From contig JAJZLI010000032.1 of assembly GCA_021803645.1 (NCBI GenBank), positions 1 to 40,924 of the forward strand: a stretch of DNA of 40,924 nucleotides. Direction: 5' to 3'. This stretch comes from a bacterium (lineage in GTDB: Bacteria > Patescibacteriota > Dojkabacteria > JAKAPS01 > JAJZLI01). Positions 8,326 to 16,932 of the stretch are shown here, one piece after another. Both the position numbers and the translations under genes were made by a program. The notes beneath the pieces were generated by a model, which searched no databases, was not told the origin of the DNA, and saw only the letters and a list, made by a program, of their open reading frames with translations. The stretch's first letter is position 1, and the number at the start of each line of letters is the position of its first letter.

Positions 8326-9944
8326 TCAATATTAAAAAAAATATTACTAAAATGCTCCCATTAACTGTTTTAGAGACATATAAGTTTGTAAAAATAAACG
8401 ATGTATATTATATAACCTTTACTTTTTATGATTTTCCATCAGAGATAATTCCTTTTTGCCTTTTGGATTTTGTATTTTCAGGGGGTAATGTGCTGTGTTC
8501 CCAAATTATTAACCCTCTTGATAAATCTTCTGTCTTAAATGCTATTAAACATAGGGTAGCTGCATTAAGTGCTAAGCGTCATTCTGATTTTACAAAAGGA
8601 AAATTGAGGGATTCATCTTTAGATATGGAAATTGCAAAATTAGAAGACTTCACATACTCATTAATTTCTGGCAATTCAAAGGGTTTTTTAATGGTAACAT
8701 ACATCACATTATTTGGTAAAAATTTAAATAAGTTGAGGGTATTATCTAAAAATATGCAAATGCTTGCAGAGTCAAAGGGATTTATTTTATACCAATTAGA
8801 TTTGAATCACGTAGCTGGTTTTCTTTATTCTTTTCCTATTACCACATATTCTAAATTTCCTGGCATGGTATATGAATCTAAATCCTTGTCTGCTTTAAAT
8901 TTCTTATCTGTTGGGAATCAATGTGACTATGAAGGAATATTATATGGAGAAAATGTCTTATCTAAATCCTTATGCATTTTGGATATTTTTAAGCTTGAAA
9001 ATTATAATAGTGTAATTTTTGCAAAATCTGGAGCTGGGAAGAGTTTTCTTGCAAAGACGACTATTGTTAGAATGATTTCAAAAGGGATTAAGGTAATTGT
9101 TATTGATCCTGAAGGAGAATATGTGAAACTTTGTAAGTCTTTGAATGGGAAGTTGGTAAAATTTGCAAATAAAAATAAGGGTTTGAATAATTACACTATT
9201 AATCCACTAGATTTATCACAAGATGAAAGTATTGAAGATAAGATATCTTTTATAGAAGGTTTTTTGAAGAAGTATAGTTCCAGATTTGATAAAAATGTTT
9301 TAGATAAAGCATTATTGAAACTTTTCAGAGAAGTAAGTTCTCCGACTTTCCTTGATTTATACAATATTTTGAAAGAGTTTAAGAATATTATGGCTGATGA
9401 GATTTTTCCTATTGCTAAAGGTTCCCTATCACATTTATATTCTAAGAGGACTAATGTAAATATAAATAAAGAAGATAATCTAATTGTTTTTGATATTTCT
9501 GATTTGGTGGATGATAATATCCCATTAATGATGTATGTAATTTTAAATTATCTTTGGAAGTTAAAGGATCCTTCTGTGAAAAGGCAGATATTTATTGATG
9601 AGGCTCATAGGCTATTTGATAATTTCGAACTTTTAAACAATTTAAAATCCCTTACAAAAAGGGCAAGAAAGTACAATATGGGTTTTTGTTATATTACACA
9701 GGATATTGGTGATGTTATTGATACTGATAAGGGTAGATCTATTCTTGCTAATACTTCTTTGAAGATTTTATTAAAACAGGATAAGGTTAATTTTGATAAA
9801 CTATCTCAGGCATTGTCACTTTCATCTGAAGAACTGGGAATTTTGACTAATTTACCAATAGGTTCTTCTTTGATGCTTTATAACGATACACATGTTCGTA
9901 TCAGGCATTTTGCCTTTGAATTTGAAAGAAATTTTTTTATTTAA
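8322..9944 (+). CDS. VirB4/TrbE-family T4SS ATPase (copy 2, 540 aa)
   Basis: Walker A is FAKSGAGKS and Walker B is RQIFIDEAH. ARKYNMGFCYITQD and TSLKILLKQ parallel the copy 1 motifs. It is shorter at both ends than copy 1. Confidence 0.8.
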   Translation: MINIKKNITKMLPLTVLETYKFVKINDVYYITFTFYDFPSEIIPFCLLDFVFSGGNVLCSQIINPLDKSSVLNAIKHRVAALSAKRHSDFTKGKLRDSSLDMEIAKLEDFTYSLISGNSKGFLMVTYITLFGKNLNKLRVLSKNMQMLAESKGFILYQLDLNHVAGFLYSFPITTYSKFPGMVYESKSLSALNFLSVGNQCDYEGILYGENVLSKSLCILDIFKLENYNSVIFAKSGAGKSFLAKTTIVRMISKGIKVIVIDPEGEYVKLCKSLNGKLVKFANKNKGLNNYTINPLDLSQDESIEDKISFIEGFLKKYSSRFDKNVLDKALLKLFREVSSPTFLDLYNILKEFKNIMADEIFPIAKGSLSHLYSKRTNVNINKEDNLIVFDISDLVDDNIPLMMYVILNYLWKLKDPSVKRQIFIDEAHRLFDNFELLNNLKSLTKRARKYNMGFCYITQDIGDVIDTDKGRSILANTSLKILLKQDKVNFDKLSQALSLSSEELGILTNLPIGSSLMLYNDTHVRIRHFAFEFERNFFI

Positions 9945-10690
9945 GATTCTGAAATTTGTACAGCTTTTACTATATACCTTTGTGTTCCTATTCCTGGAGG
10001 TATACATGTCATAAGAGTTAAATATTTTTTACCTGGAGGGGATTGAAGTACTGATATATCAGTTGGAGAAACAACACTTTCTTGTATTATTGAATATTTA
10101 TAGACTATACCTTTATATTTTATATATACTAATTGTCCATTTTGTAATTTTAATATATTGGTAAATATGCCTAGGAAAGAGCTTGGATAAAGGTCTGCAA
10201 ACCATTGTGGGGCGCTGTGACCATATATATATACGTTACCTACTTCTCCAGGTAGGGCAGTTCCTTTCATTTGGGCTAGTGAACTGGTTAGTACTGTCTC
10301 ATAAGCCTTTGTATTGAATCCATCTACATTAGCTTTAACAGGGATGTTGGATAGTGATATTGCAGGAATTGATATTTGGAAAGTTCCATTATATGACTCG
10401 TTACTTTGAGAGTGTTGTGCATCGATAATCTTTTCAAAATATGCAGCGGAAGGATCGGCTTTTACTATAACACTTTTATATTTATGAAAAACAACTTTAT
10501 TTATAACATATTTTATCTCTGGGGATAATGCAATTATTATTGTGATAATACCTACAACTAATAAGAATATTGATCCATAATTAGGATGAAATCGAAATTT
10601 TTTGTAATTCACCCGTGGTGTCTTTTTTACTTTAATGGGGTATTTTTTGTTTATACTAATACCTTTTTTAACATACATGTATCGTGCCAT
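9941..10690 (-). CDS. Sortase-family transpeptidase
   Basis: It has an N-terminal TM anchor (GSIFLLVVGIITIIIALS), a catalytic His context (NVYIYGHS), a TLxTC catalytic Cys motif (LTLMTCIPPG) and a downstream Arg (TQRYIV). I prefer the ATG at 10690 (MARYMYVKK). The track start at 10726 would overlap the divergent promoter and leave an 11-nt gap. Confidence 0.8.
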   Translation of the reverse strand: MARYMYVKKGISINKKYPIKVKKTPRVNYKKFRFHPNYGSIFLLVVGIITIIIALSPEIKYVINKVVFHKYKSVIVKADPSAAYFEKIIDAQHSQSNESYNGTFQISIPAISLSNIPVKANVDGFNTKAYETVLTSSLAQMKGTALPGEVGNVYIYGHSAPQWFADLYPSSFLGIFTNILKLQNGQLVYIKYKGIVYKYSIIQESVVSPTDISVLQSPPGKKYLTLMTCIPPGIGTQRYIVKAVQISES

Positions 10691-10714
10691 GATAATTATT
10701 ATAGCATTCACATG

Positions 10715-10723
10715 TGTTATAAT
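10715..10723 (+). promoter_or_regulatory. Extended -10 element TGTTATAAT upstream of 10738 gene
   Basis: A perfect TGnTATAAT match lies 15 nt upstream of the ATG at 10738. No clear -35 was examined. Confidence 0.35.
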
Positions 10724-10737
10724 CATTCAATCAGATT

Positions 10738-12282
10738 ATGATCCCTAATTTTTTTACAGGTAGGAAATATAAAATCTTATTAATAGTTATTTCTTTTATT
10801 CTTTCTGCATTTTTTATATATTTATATATAAAATATTCTTTCCATGTAAGTTTAAATTCTGATGTTGTTCAGGGTGCTCTTGAAGTGAGTTCCATACTTC
10901 ATGGCAATATTCTATTACATGGGTGGACACTATCTCCGGATAACTTTTTATTGTCGGATTTGCCGTTATATCTTTTTCTTGGAATATTTATAAAAAATCA
11001 AGTTTTATTATCTCATGTTGCTCCTATTATTATTTACCTTGGGCTTATTTGTGTTAGTCTTTTGATTTCACTACGTAATGTATCTCATAGAAAAATTGCT
11101 CTCCTGTCAACTTTTGCAGTAATTGGCATGCTTCCTCTCTTTACTTTTGTATCTTTCTTAGTAGGGTTTGTTCATATAGGATCTATTCTGGAGGGTTTAT
11201 GTTCTTTATACCTATTTATTAATTTCATAGATTATAAAAAAACAAAGTATTTGTTATGGTCTGGAGTTCTCTTATTAGCTGCACTATTTTCTGATCCATT
11301 TATAATTTGGATACTGCTTATTCCTTTAATTATTTTTCTCATTATTAAAATCAAAGAGAGTATAAAAAATAGGGGATTTTTAAGTATATATACATCTACC
11401 CTTATATTTATTTTATCTATATTTGTCTTATCTGAGATACTCAGATATGTCATCCCCAGGATAGCTGGATTTAGTATACAGAAATTAGCTTATCAGTTTG
11501 CAACTCTTCCAGAGATTATAGCTCATATTACTACTATTATAAATAATCTTTTGTATGTTTTTGGAGCAAATTTTTTAGGTCAGTTGCTTTTTTCTCATCA
11601 GGCATTTGAAGCTATTTTGCACTTTAGTGTTTTATGCCTAATTTTATTCTTTGCATATATGACATTAAAGGGTGGTAGTAAGAAAATGGATAGTATTAAT
11701 TACATACTTTCCATGGGTATATGTTTAGATATGGTTGCTTTTATTTTTAGTAATATTGCAGCTAATGATACTTCATCATCAAGATATCTTTTTCCTATAA
11801 TAATTTTTGGGGCAATTATTTTAGGGAGATCTATTGGTAATATTAAGCATATAAAGGGGTATGTCTATATTGTTGCATTAATAGTTTTTCTTATATTCTT
11901 TGCTGTTTTCTTCCATGATTCTTCTTTAAATCAACCAAATCTTTTAGGTTCGTCTAATGTTAAGGTAGCTAAATTTCTTGTGGCTCATAATTTAAAATAT
12001 GGATATGGTTATTATTGGAATTCTTCTATTGTTACCGTTGATTCAAATTCAAAGGTGAAGGTTCGGGCAATAGTTCCAAATGGTGATCATTTTGTACCTT
12101 ATTTTTGGATATCTTCTGGGGCATGGTATTTTCATCATTATGCAAATTTTATTGTTTATGATGAAGATAGCAGTATTTTTGGACAAATTGCTACACATGC
12201 TTTTGGTAAACCCATTAATGTATATCACCTTGGGGAGGATACAATTCTTGTTTGGAATAAGGATATAACACCATATATTTGA
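10738..12282 (+). CDS. Large polytopic membrane protein, possibly a GT-C-fold (ArnT/PMT-like) glycosyltransferase
   Basis: The ORF is 514 aa with about 11 or more hydrophobic helices. An acidic first loop (NSDVVQGALEVSSILHG) and a ~110-aa soluble C-terminal domain fit the GT-C architecture. The functional assignment is weak. Confidence 0.4.
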   Translation: MIPNFFTGRKYKILLIVISFILSAFFIYLYIKYSFHVSLNSDVVQGALEVSSILHGNILLHGWTLSPDNFLLSDLPLYLFLGIFIKNQVLLSHVAPIIIYLGLICVSLLISLRNVSHRKIALLSTFAVIGMLPLFTFVSFLVGFVHIGSILEGLCSLYLFINFIDYKKTKYLLWSGVLLLAALFSDPFIIWILLIPLIIFLIIKIKESIKNRGFLSIYTSTLIFILSIFVLSEILRYVIPRIAGFSIQKLAYQFATLPEIIAHITTIINNLLYVFGANFLGQLLFSHQAFEAILHFSVLCLILFFAYMTLKGGSKKMDSINYILSMGICLDMVAFIFSNIAANDTSSSRYLFPIIIFGAIILGRSIGNIKHIKGYVYIVALIVFLIFFAVFFHDSSLNQPNLLGSSNVKVAKFLVAHNLKYGYGYYWNSSIVTVDSNSKVKVRAIVPNGDHFVPYFWISSGAWYFHHYANFIVYDEDSSIFGQIATHAFGKPINVYHLGEDTILVWNKDITPYI

Positions 12283-12288
12283 TTTGTA

Positions 12289-12297
12289 TGTTAAAAT
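12289..12297 (+). promoter_or_regulatory. Extended -10-like element TGTTAAAAT upstream of dnaJ
   Basis: TGTTAAAAT lies 13 nt upstream of the dnaJ ATG. The same 9-mer occurs at 33368. Confidence 0.35.
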
Positions 12298-12309
12298 ATT
12301 TAATAGACT

Positions 12310-13404
12310 ATGAAGGATTATTATAGTATTCTTGGTGTTTCTAAAGATGCAAGTGATCAGGAGATAAAACGTGCTTTCCGAAAGCTTGCTGGAGAATATC
12401 ACCCAGATAAAAACAAATCTGCAAATGCTTCTGAAAAATTTAAAGAGATAAATGAGGCATATTCTGTACTTTCCGATTCTCAAAAAAGAAAGAATTATGA
12501 TAGATATGGAAATGCTGATTTTCAGGGATTTTCTCCTGGTGGAAGTTCTTCTTCAGGATTCTCTGGAGGTGGGGGAGATTTCTCTTCAGGTTTTGGATCT
12601 AACTTTGGGGGATTTGAAGATATTTTTTCAGATTTATTTTCTTCAGGTTTTGGAAATTTCACAGGGCAGGGTCAAAGAGAAACTGAAGAAGAAGATTTAG
12701 ATATTAGGATTGGGATTGAGGTTGATCTGAGTCAGATTATAAATGATATTGAAACGGAAGTGTCATTTTATGTTATGTCAAAATGTAAAGTTTGCTCAGG
12801 TTCTGGATCCCGTAGTGGGAAATCACAAGTATGTTCTGTGTGTAAGGGATCTGGTCATGTAAGAAAAGTAACCCAAAGTTTTTTTGGTAATATAGCTATT
12901 GATAGTATTTGTTCTAATTGTAAAGGTAAGGGTCGTATTATTACTGATAAATGTAGTAGCTGTTCTGGATCAGGAAGAGTACGCACATTGAAGAAAATGG
13001 CAATAAAGATCCCTCGTGGAGTTGAAGATAATACTACTCTTCGTTTTCGAGGAGAAGGCGCTATAGGGGAAAATAACTCATCTTCAGGAGATTTATTTAT
13101 TACTGTGCATATTAGGAATAATACTGACTATAAAAGAGATGGTAACGATTTGGAAACTTCAGTATCAATTGATATTCCAACCGCTGTTTTAGGGGGAGTT
13201 ATTCCTATAAAAACCTTATATGGAAGTGTCAATTTGAAAATTCCAGAGGGTACTTCATATGGAGATAGATTTGTCATAAAATCTATGGGGCTTCCTTCAA
13301 TGCATGGTAGGTCTATTGGTAATTTATATGTTAAGGTAAAAATAGTTACTCCTAGAAAATTATCTGCTGAGGAAAGACGCCTTTATAATCTATTAAGAAA
13401 ATAG
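12310..13404 (+). CDS. dnaJ: Molecular chaperone DnaJ
   Basis: It has a J domain ([33 protein letters not shown]), a G/F-rich linker, four CxxCxGxG zinc-finger repeats and a C-terminal substrate-binding domain. Confidence 0.95.
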   Translation: MKDYYSILGVSKDASDQEIKRAFRKLAGEYHPDKNKSANASEKFKEINEAYSVLSDSQKRKNYDRYGNADFQGFSPGGSSSSGFSGGGGDFSSGFGSNFGGFEDIFSDLFSSGFGNFTGQGQRETEEEDLDIRIGIEVDLSQIINDIETEVSFYVMSKCKVCSGSGSRSGKSQVCSVCKGSGHVRKVTQSFFGNIAIDSICSNCKGKGRIITDKCSSCSGSGRVRTLKKMAIKIPRGVEDNTTLRFRGEGAIGENNSSSGDLFITVHIRNNTDYKRDGNDLETSVSIDIPTAVLGGVIPIKTLYGSVNLKIPEGTSYGDRFVIKSMGLPSMHGRSIGNLYVKVKIVTPRKLSAEERRLYNLLRK

Positions 13405-13998
13405 ATCAAATGATCCTTGTTTGGGAGGAGATGAAGCATCTTCTTTTTGTTGTGTAGTCAGATTTTGTGAAATTGCTTCTTTTATTATTTTAAAATCATC
13501 TAAGAGTACTTTTTTCATACTGTCCCTATAAAGTCCTACTGCTGGGTGATATAGTGGTATTATTTTTATCTTCTTGTATGAATAAATCTTTCCATGTACT
13601 TTAGATATAACGAATTCAGGGTAGAAATAGTGTAGTGAGTATCTTCCTAGGGTACATATGGCTTTTGGCTTAATAAAATCTATTTGCCTTTCAAGATACT
13701 CCTTACATGATTCTATTTCTTCCTCTTCTGGATCTCGGTTTCCTGGTGGCCTACATTTTACTATGTTTGTTATATATACATCTGTCCTTTTCATGTTTAT
13801 GCTCTCAAGCATTTTTTCCAAAAAGTTCCCAGACGCTCCACAGAAAGGTATCCCTTTCTTATCTTCATTTTCTCCAGGAGCCTCTCCTACAAACATTATA
13901 TCTGAATGTATATTTCCTTCTCCTGGAACTGCATGAGTTCGTGATTTGCACAATTTGCATTTGGTACATGATATTACCTCTTTTGATAAATCATCCAT
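13393..13998 (-). CDS. udg: Uracil-DNA glycosylase, family 4
   Basis: [47 protein letters not shown] is the family-4 UDG signature with Fe-S cysteines. The gene overlaps dnaJ convergently by 12 nt. Confidence 0.9.
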   Translation of the reverse strand: MDDLSKEVISCTKCKLCKSRTHAVPGEGNIHSDIMFVGEAPGENEDKKGIPFCGASGNFLEKMLESINMKRTDVYITNIVKCRPPGNRDPEEEEIESCKEYLERQIDFIKPKAICTLGRYSLHYFYPEFVISKVHGKIYSYKKIKIIPLYHPAVGLYRDSMKKVLLDDFKIIKEAISQNLTTQQKEDASSPPKQGSFDLFS

Positions 13999-14004
13999 AA
14001 TGTT

Positions 14005-15033
14005 TTAATATCTTTCCGGTAAATATGCTTTTAAATTTTCATTTGTGATTACTACTGAGGATGCTTCCTTTAGTAGTATTTGTTTTGCTACCTTTCTTGC
14101 AATTGCCATTATTGTTCTTTCAAGTTCTCTTATTCCTGCTTCATAACCAAGAGGTCTTATGATGTTAGCCCATACATCTTCATCAATTTTAAATAAATTC
14201 TGTTGTAACCCAGTTTCTTTATATACCTTAGGTAGTAAATATTCCTTTGCAATTACAATTTTTTCTTCATCTGTATAAGAGCTGAATCTTATTATTTCCA
14301 ATCTATCAAGTAATGCTGAGGAGATTGTTCCTAGGTTGTTTGCAGTGAGTATGAACATAGCTTTCGATAAATCTACAGGAAAATCAAGGTAATGATCCAA
14401 GAATGAGGTGTTTTGTTCAGGATCCAATATCTCAAGTAATGCTGCAAAAATACCTGATCTTAAATTTGCTTCATCTGAAATTTTATCTACTTCATCTAGT
14501 AGAATAATAGGATTTGATGTGCCTGCTCTGGCTATTGATTTTATTATGTATCCTTCTTCTGCATCTGGGTTCACTTTTGATTGTCCTCGAATTTCTAGTA
14601 CTGATGCCATTCCTCCCAGAGATATTCGTATAAATTTTCTACCTAGTGCTTCCGATATGGATTTTGACATTGTTGTTTTACCTATTCCTTGAAGACCTAC
14701 AAAACATATAATTGGAGCAGCTTGATCTCTATTTAGATTCATTATTGCTAGGTATTCTAATACCCTCTCCTTTACATTGTTTATCCCAAAATGATTTTTG
14801 TCTAGAACATATTTAGCATGTTCTAAGTCTAGGTTATCTTCAGAATATTTATTCCATGGATATTCTGAGATAACATTTATATATCTAGACAAAGTTTCAT
14901 ATTCTGATGAGTAATTTTCAAATTTAGACATTCTTTCGAGTCTTGTTATCAAAAGATCTAGCTTTTCTTTTAACTCTTCAGGTATATCTACTTCTTTTAA
15001 CTTATCTTGTAATTTTTTTATGTCTTCTGTCAT
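14005..15033 (-). CDS. Stand-alone Lon-like AAA+ ATPase module (no N-domain, no protease domain)
   Basis: It aligns by eye with the central region of bacterial Lon. Shared elements are HFGINNVKERVLEYLA, Walker A GLQGIGKTT, Walker B ILLDEVDK, LLEILDPEQN, LLDRLEIIRFSSYTDEEK and EAGIRELER. The ORF ends at the point where the Lon protease domain would begin. Confidence 0.8.
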   Translation of the reverse strand: MTEDIKKLQDKLKEVDIPEELKEKLDLLITRLERMSKFENYSSEYETLSRYINVISEYPWNKYSEDNLDLEHAKYVLDKNHFGINNVKERVLEYLAIMNLNRDQAAPIICFVGLQGIGKTTMSKSISEALGRKFIRISLGGMASVLEIRGQSKVNPDAEEGYIIKSIARAGTSNPIILLDEVDKISDEANLRSGIFAALLEILDPEQNTSFLDHYLDFPVDLSKAMFILTANNLGTISSALLDRLEIIRFSSYTDEEKIVIAKEYLLPKVYKETGLQQNLFKIDEDVWANIIRPLGYEAGIRELERTIMAIARKVAKQILLKEASSVVITNENLKAYLPERY

Positions 15034-15668
15034 ATGATCTTTCCTAATATAAATCCTAATGCTCCTGAAAGAGCTCCAATAATTAACATTTCAAATGCAC
15101 TATGTATTTTAGATTTTCCTGCAAATTTTGCTTTTGTTATTCCTATAAATATTAACGTTATTGCTGTAAGTATTATTGAAAATACAATATCTTCTCCTCT
15201 TGCAAAAATGAAATATGGTATTATTGGAATTATTGCCCCAAGGATAAATGAGCTTCCTATGAAGAGACTATCTTCAATAGGTGAGGATATTGTTACATTC
15301 TCTCCTGTTAGTCTTGAGAGTAAAAATTTTTGAGAATTTTTGTCGTAATATTTCATATCTTTTGAAATTAGATTTGCATCTTTTTGAGATATTCCTCCAT
15401 TTTCTAATGTTTTTTCTATATCTTTTTGATTTTGTATTTTGCTTTCTTGTCTTACATTTATCTCTTGTTGAGATTTAGATCCAAGGTACATACCTGCTGC
15501 CATTGATACAGCACCTCCTAATGTAGCAGAAATTGCGGCAACTACTATTAAATAATTGGTTTCTGATACAGAAGAGAGGGTTGTTGTTAACACCAAAATA
15601 GATATAAGTCCATCCTGCATACCAAAAATTATTTGTCTTGTCTGGGATAGAAATTTATTTTTCGCCAT
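15030..15668 (-). CDS. VIT1/CCC1-family Fe/Mn transporter
   Basis: The motifs FGMQDGLISIL and GGAVSMAAGMYLGSKSQQE, a central soluble helical region and C-terminal TM helices are typical of the VIT family. Confidence 0.8.
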   Translation of the reverse strand: MAKNKFLSQTRQIIFGMQDGLISILVLTTTLSSVSETNYLIVVAAISATLGGAVSMAAGMYLGSKSQQEINVRQESKIQNQKDIEKTLENGGISQKDANLISKDMKYYDKNSQKFLLSRLTGENVTISSPIEDSLFIGSSFILGAIIPIIPYFIFARGEDIVFSIILTAITLIFIGITKAKFAGKSKIHSAFEMLIIGALSGALGFILGKII

Positions 15669-15676
15669 ATATCTTT

Positions 15677-15704
15677 ATTATATTTTATTGATACCACTTT
15701 TCAA
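15677..15704 (-). promoter_or_regulatory. Sigma70-like promoter for the VIT/Lon-like operon (TTGAAA-N16-TATAAT on the minus strand)
   Basis: The minus strand reads ccTTGAAAagtggtatcaataaaaTATAATaaagatatATG. The -10 element ends 8 nt before the start codon, and no Shine-Dalgarno sequence is present. Confidence 0.4.
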
Positions 15705-15717
15705 GGAGTGTATCAAT
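15687..15717. promoter_or_regulatory. Inverted repeat ATTGATAC-N15-GTATCAAT bracketing the -35 of the VIT promoter (candidate operator)
   Basis: The arms at 15687-15694 and 15710-15717 are perfect 8-bp reverse complements. The putative -35 lies between them. Confidence 0.3.
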
Positions 15718-15737
15718 TTCTAATTTCTTTATTTATA

Positions 15738-15767
15738 TGATATACTTCTTGCATTAATTGATATACT
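15738..15767 (+). promoter_or_regulatory. Two copies of extended -10 motif TGATATACT upstream of nusA
   Basis: TGATATACT occurs at 15738-15746 and 15759-15767. The second copy ends 6 nt before the A of the nusA ATG (15774). There is no Shine-Dalgarno sequence. Confidence 0.45.
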
Positions 15768-15773
15768 AAATAT

Positions 15774-16814
15774 ATGGCTGTTCAATCAGATTTCTTACTT
15801 GCTATCAGACAAATTGCCTCCGAGAGAGGGATTGATGCTGAAGAGGTTATTACTGCTGTTTCTGAGGCAATTGTTGCTGCATATAGAAGGGATTTTGATC
15901 CAGATAAAGATGCAGAAATTACTGCAAAAATTAATGATGATAATGGATCGTTTTCTATTTTCGTTAATGGAAAGGAGGAAAAGATTCCTAGAGAATTTGG
16001 AAGGATTGCATCTCAGACTGCAAAGCAAGTAATTTTACAAAAGGTTACTGAAGCAGAAAGGGATTCTGTTATGTCTCAATTTGAAAAGAAAATTGGAACC
16101 CTTGAGATGGGAGTTGTTCAAAGGTTTGATGGTCAGAATATTATTGTTGAAATAGGGAAACTGGCTGCTATACTTCCTCCATCAGAACAGATATATGGAG
16201 AGGTGTACAGGCCTGGAATGAAAATTAAAGTTTATTTAAAAGAATTTATAGAGACTCCATTTGGTCAGAAAAGAATTGTTGTATCAAGGTCTTCAGATTT
16301 AGTTATTAAGGCTTTGTTTGAAAATGAAATTCCTGAAGTATCAAATAGTACTGTTGTTATAAAGGATATAGCTCGTGAGGCGGGTGCTAGAACTAAGGTT
16401 TCTGTAACCTCTGATGTTGCGGGTATTGATCCTATAGGTGCTTGTGTGGGTCAAAGAGGTATGAGGATAGTTGCAATGACTAATGAACTTGGATCAGAAA
16501 AAATTGATATTATTCAGTATGATGAAGATATTCAGAAATATATCCGTAATGCTTTATCTCCTGCAAAACCTTTAGATATTACTTTAGATGAGGATGAAAA
16601 AACTGCAAAAGTTACAGTTGCTTCTGACCAGTTATCTCTTGCTATAGGTAAGGATGGTCAGAATGTTAGGCTTGCAGCGAAACTTACAGGGTGGAAGATT
16701 GACATAGAAGGTGATTCTCCTGAGGAAAGTAATGAAGATAAGGATAAGGTTGAAAGTAAGGAAGAATCTACAGATAACACCTCTTTGGAGCAAAGCAATT
16801 CAACAGAAGCATAA
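15774..16814 (+). CDS. nusA: Transcription termination/antitermination factor NusA
   Basis: It has the NusA N-terminal domain (LLAIRQIASERGIDAEEVITAVSEAIVAAYRR), an S1 domain and two KH domains (GACVGQRGMRI, AIGKDGQNVRLAAKLTGWKIDI). The C-terminal tail is acidic. Confidence 0.95.
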   Translation: MAVQSDFLLAIRQIASERGIDAEEVITAVSEAIVAAYRRDFDPDKDAEITAKINDDNGSFSIFVNGKEEKIPREFGRIASQTAKQVILQKVTEAERDSVMSQFEKKIGTLEMGVVQRFDGQNIIVEIGKLAAILPPSEQIYGEVYRPGMKIKVYLKEFIETPFGQKRIVVSRSSDLVIKALFENEIPEVSNSTVVIKDIAREAGARTKVSVTSDVAGIDPIGACVGQRGMRIVAMTNELGSEKIDIIQYDEDIQKYIRNALSPAKPLDITLDEDEKTAKVTVASDQLSLAIGKDGQNVRLAAKLTGWKIDIEGDSPEESNEDKDKVESKEESTDNTSLEQSNSTEA

Positions 16815-16915
16815 CTTTTTGCTGTACTCTTTATGCAATTTTCTTTCTACGTTATGATAGATTGTTAAAATTTATTGTCTAAATAACGAATTTTTTGTTT
16901 TAGCACTTTTTTTTA

Positions 16916-16924
16916 TGATATACT
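16916..16924 (+). promoter_or_regulatory. Extended -10 motif TGATATACT upstream of infB
   Basis: This is the same 9-mer as at nusA and RNase J. It ends 8 nt before the infB ATG (16933). There is no Shine-Dalgarno sequence. Confidence 0.45.
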
Positions 16925-16932
16925 CTTACTAA

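Noticed and set aside
20-9944. The T4SS-like locus considered as an integrative conjugative element or plasmid remnant.
   Set aside because: No relaxase, coupling protein, integrase, replication gene, attachment-site repeat or tRNA-adjacent boundary is visible within the window. The flanks are housekeeping genes. This cannot be fully excluded because the sequence upstream of position 1 is unknown.
12049-12483. A 144-aa minus-strand ORF spans the 3' end of the 514-aa membrane protein gene, the intergenic region and the 5' end of dnaJ.
   Set aside because: It overlaps two confidently called plus-strand genes, including the dnaJ J-domain, and a putative promoter. Its translation has no recognisable features.
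14005-15033. The Lon-like ORF considered as a simple truncated pseudogene fragment of a full-length lon gene.
   Set aside because: There is no space or remnant sequence for the missing N-terminal or protease domains. A 6-nt gap lies on one side and a 4-nt overlap on the other. The ATPase motifs are intact and the ORF is uninterrupted, so it is reported as a finding instead.
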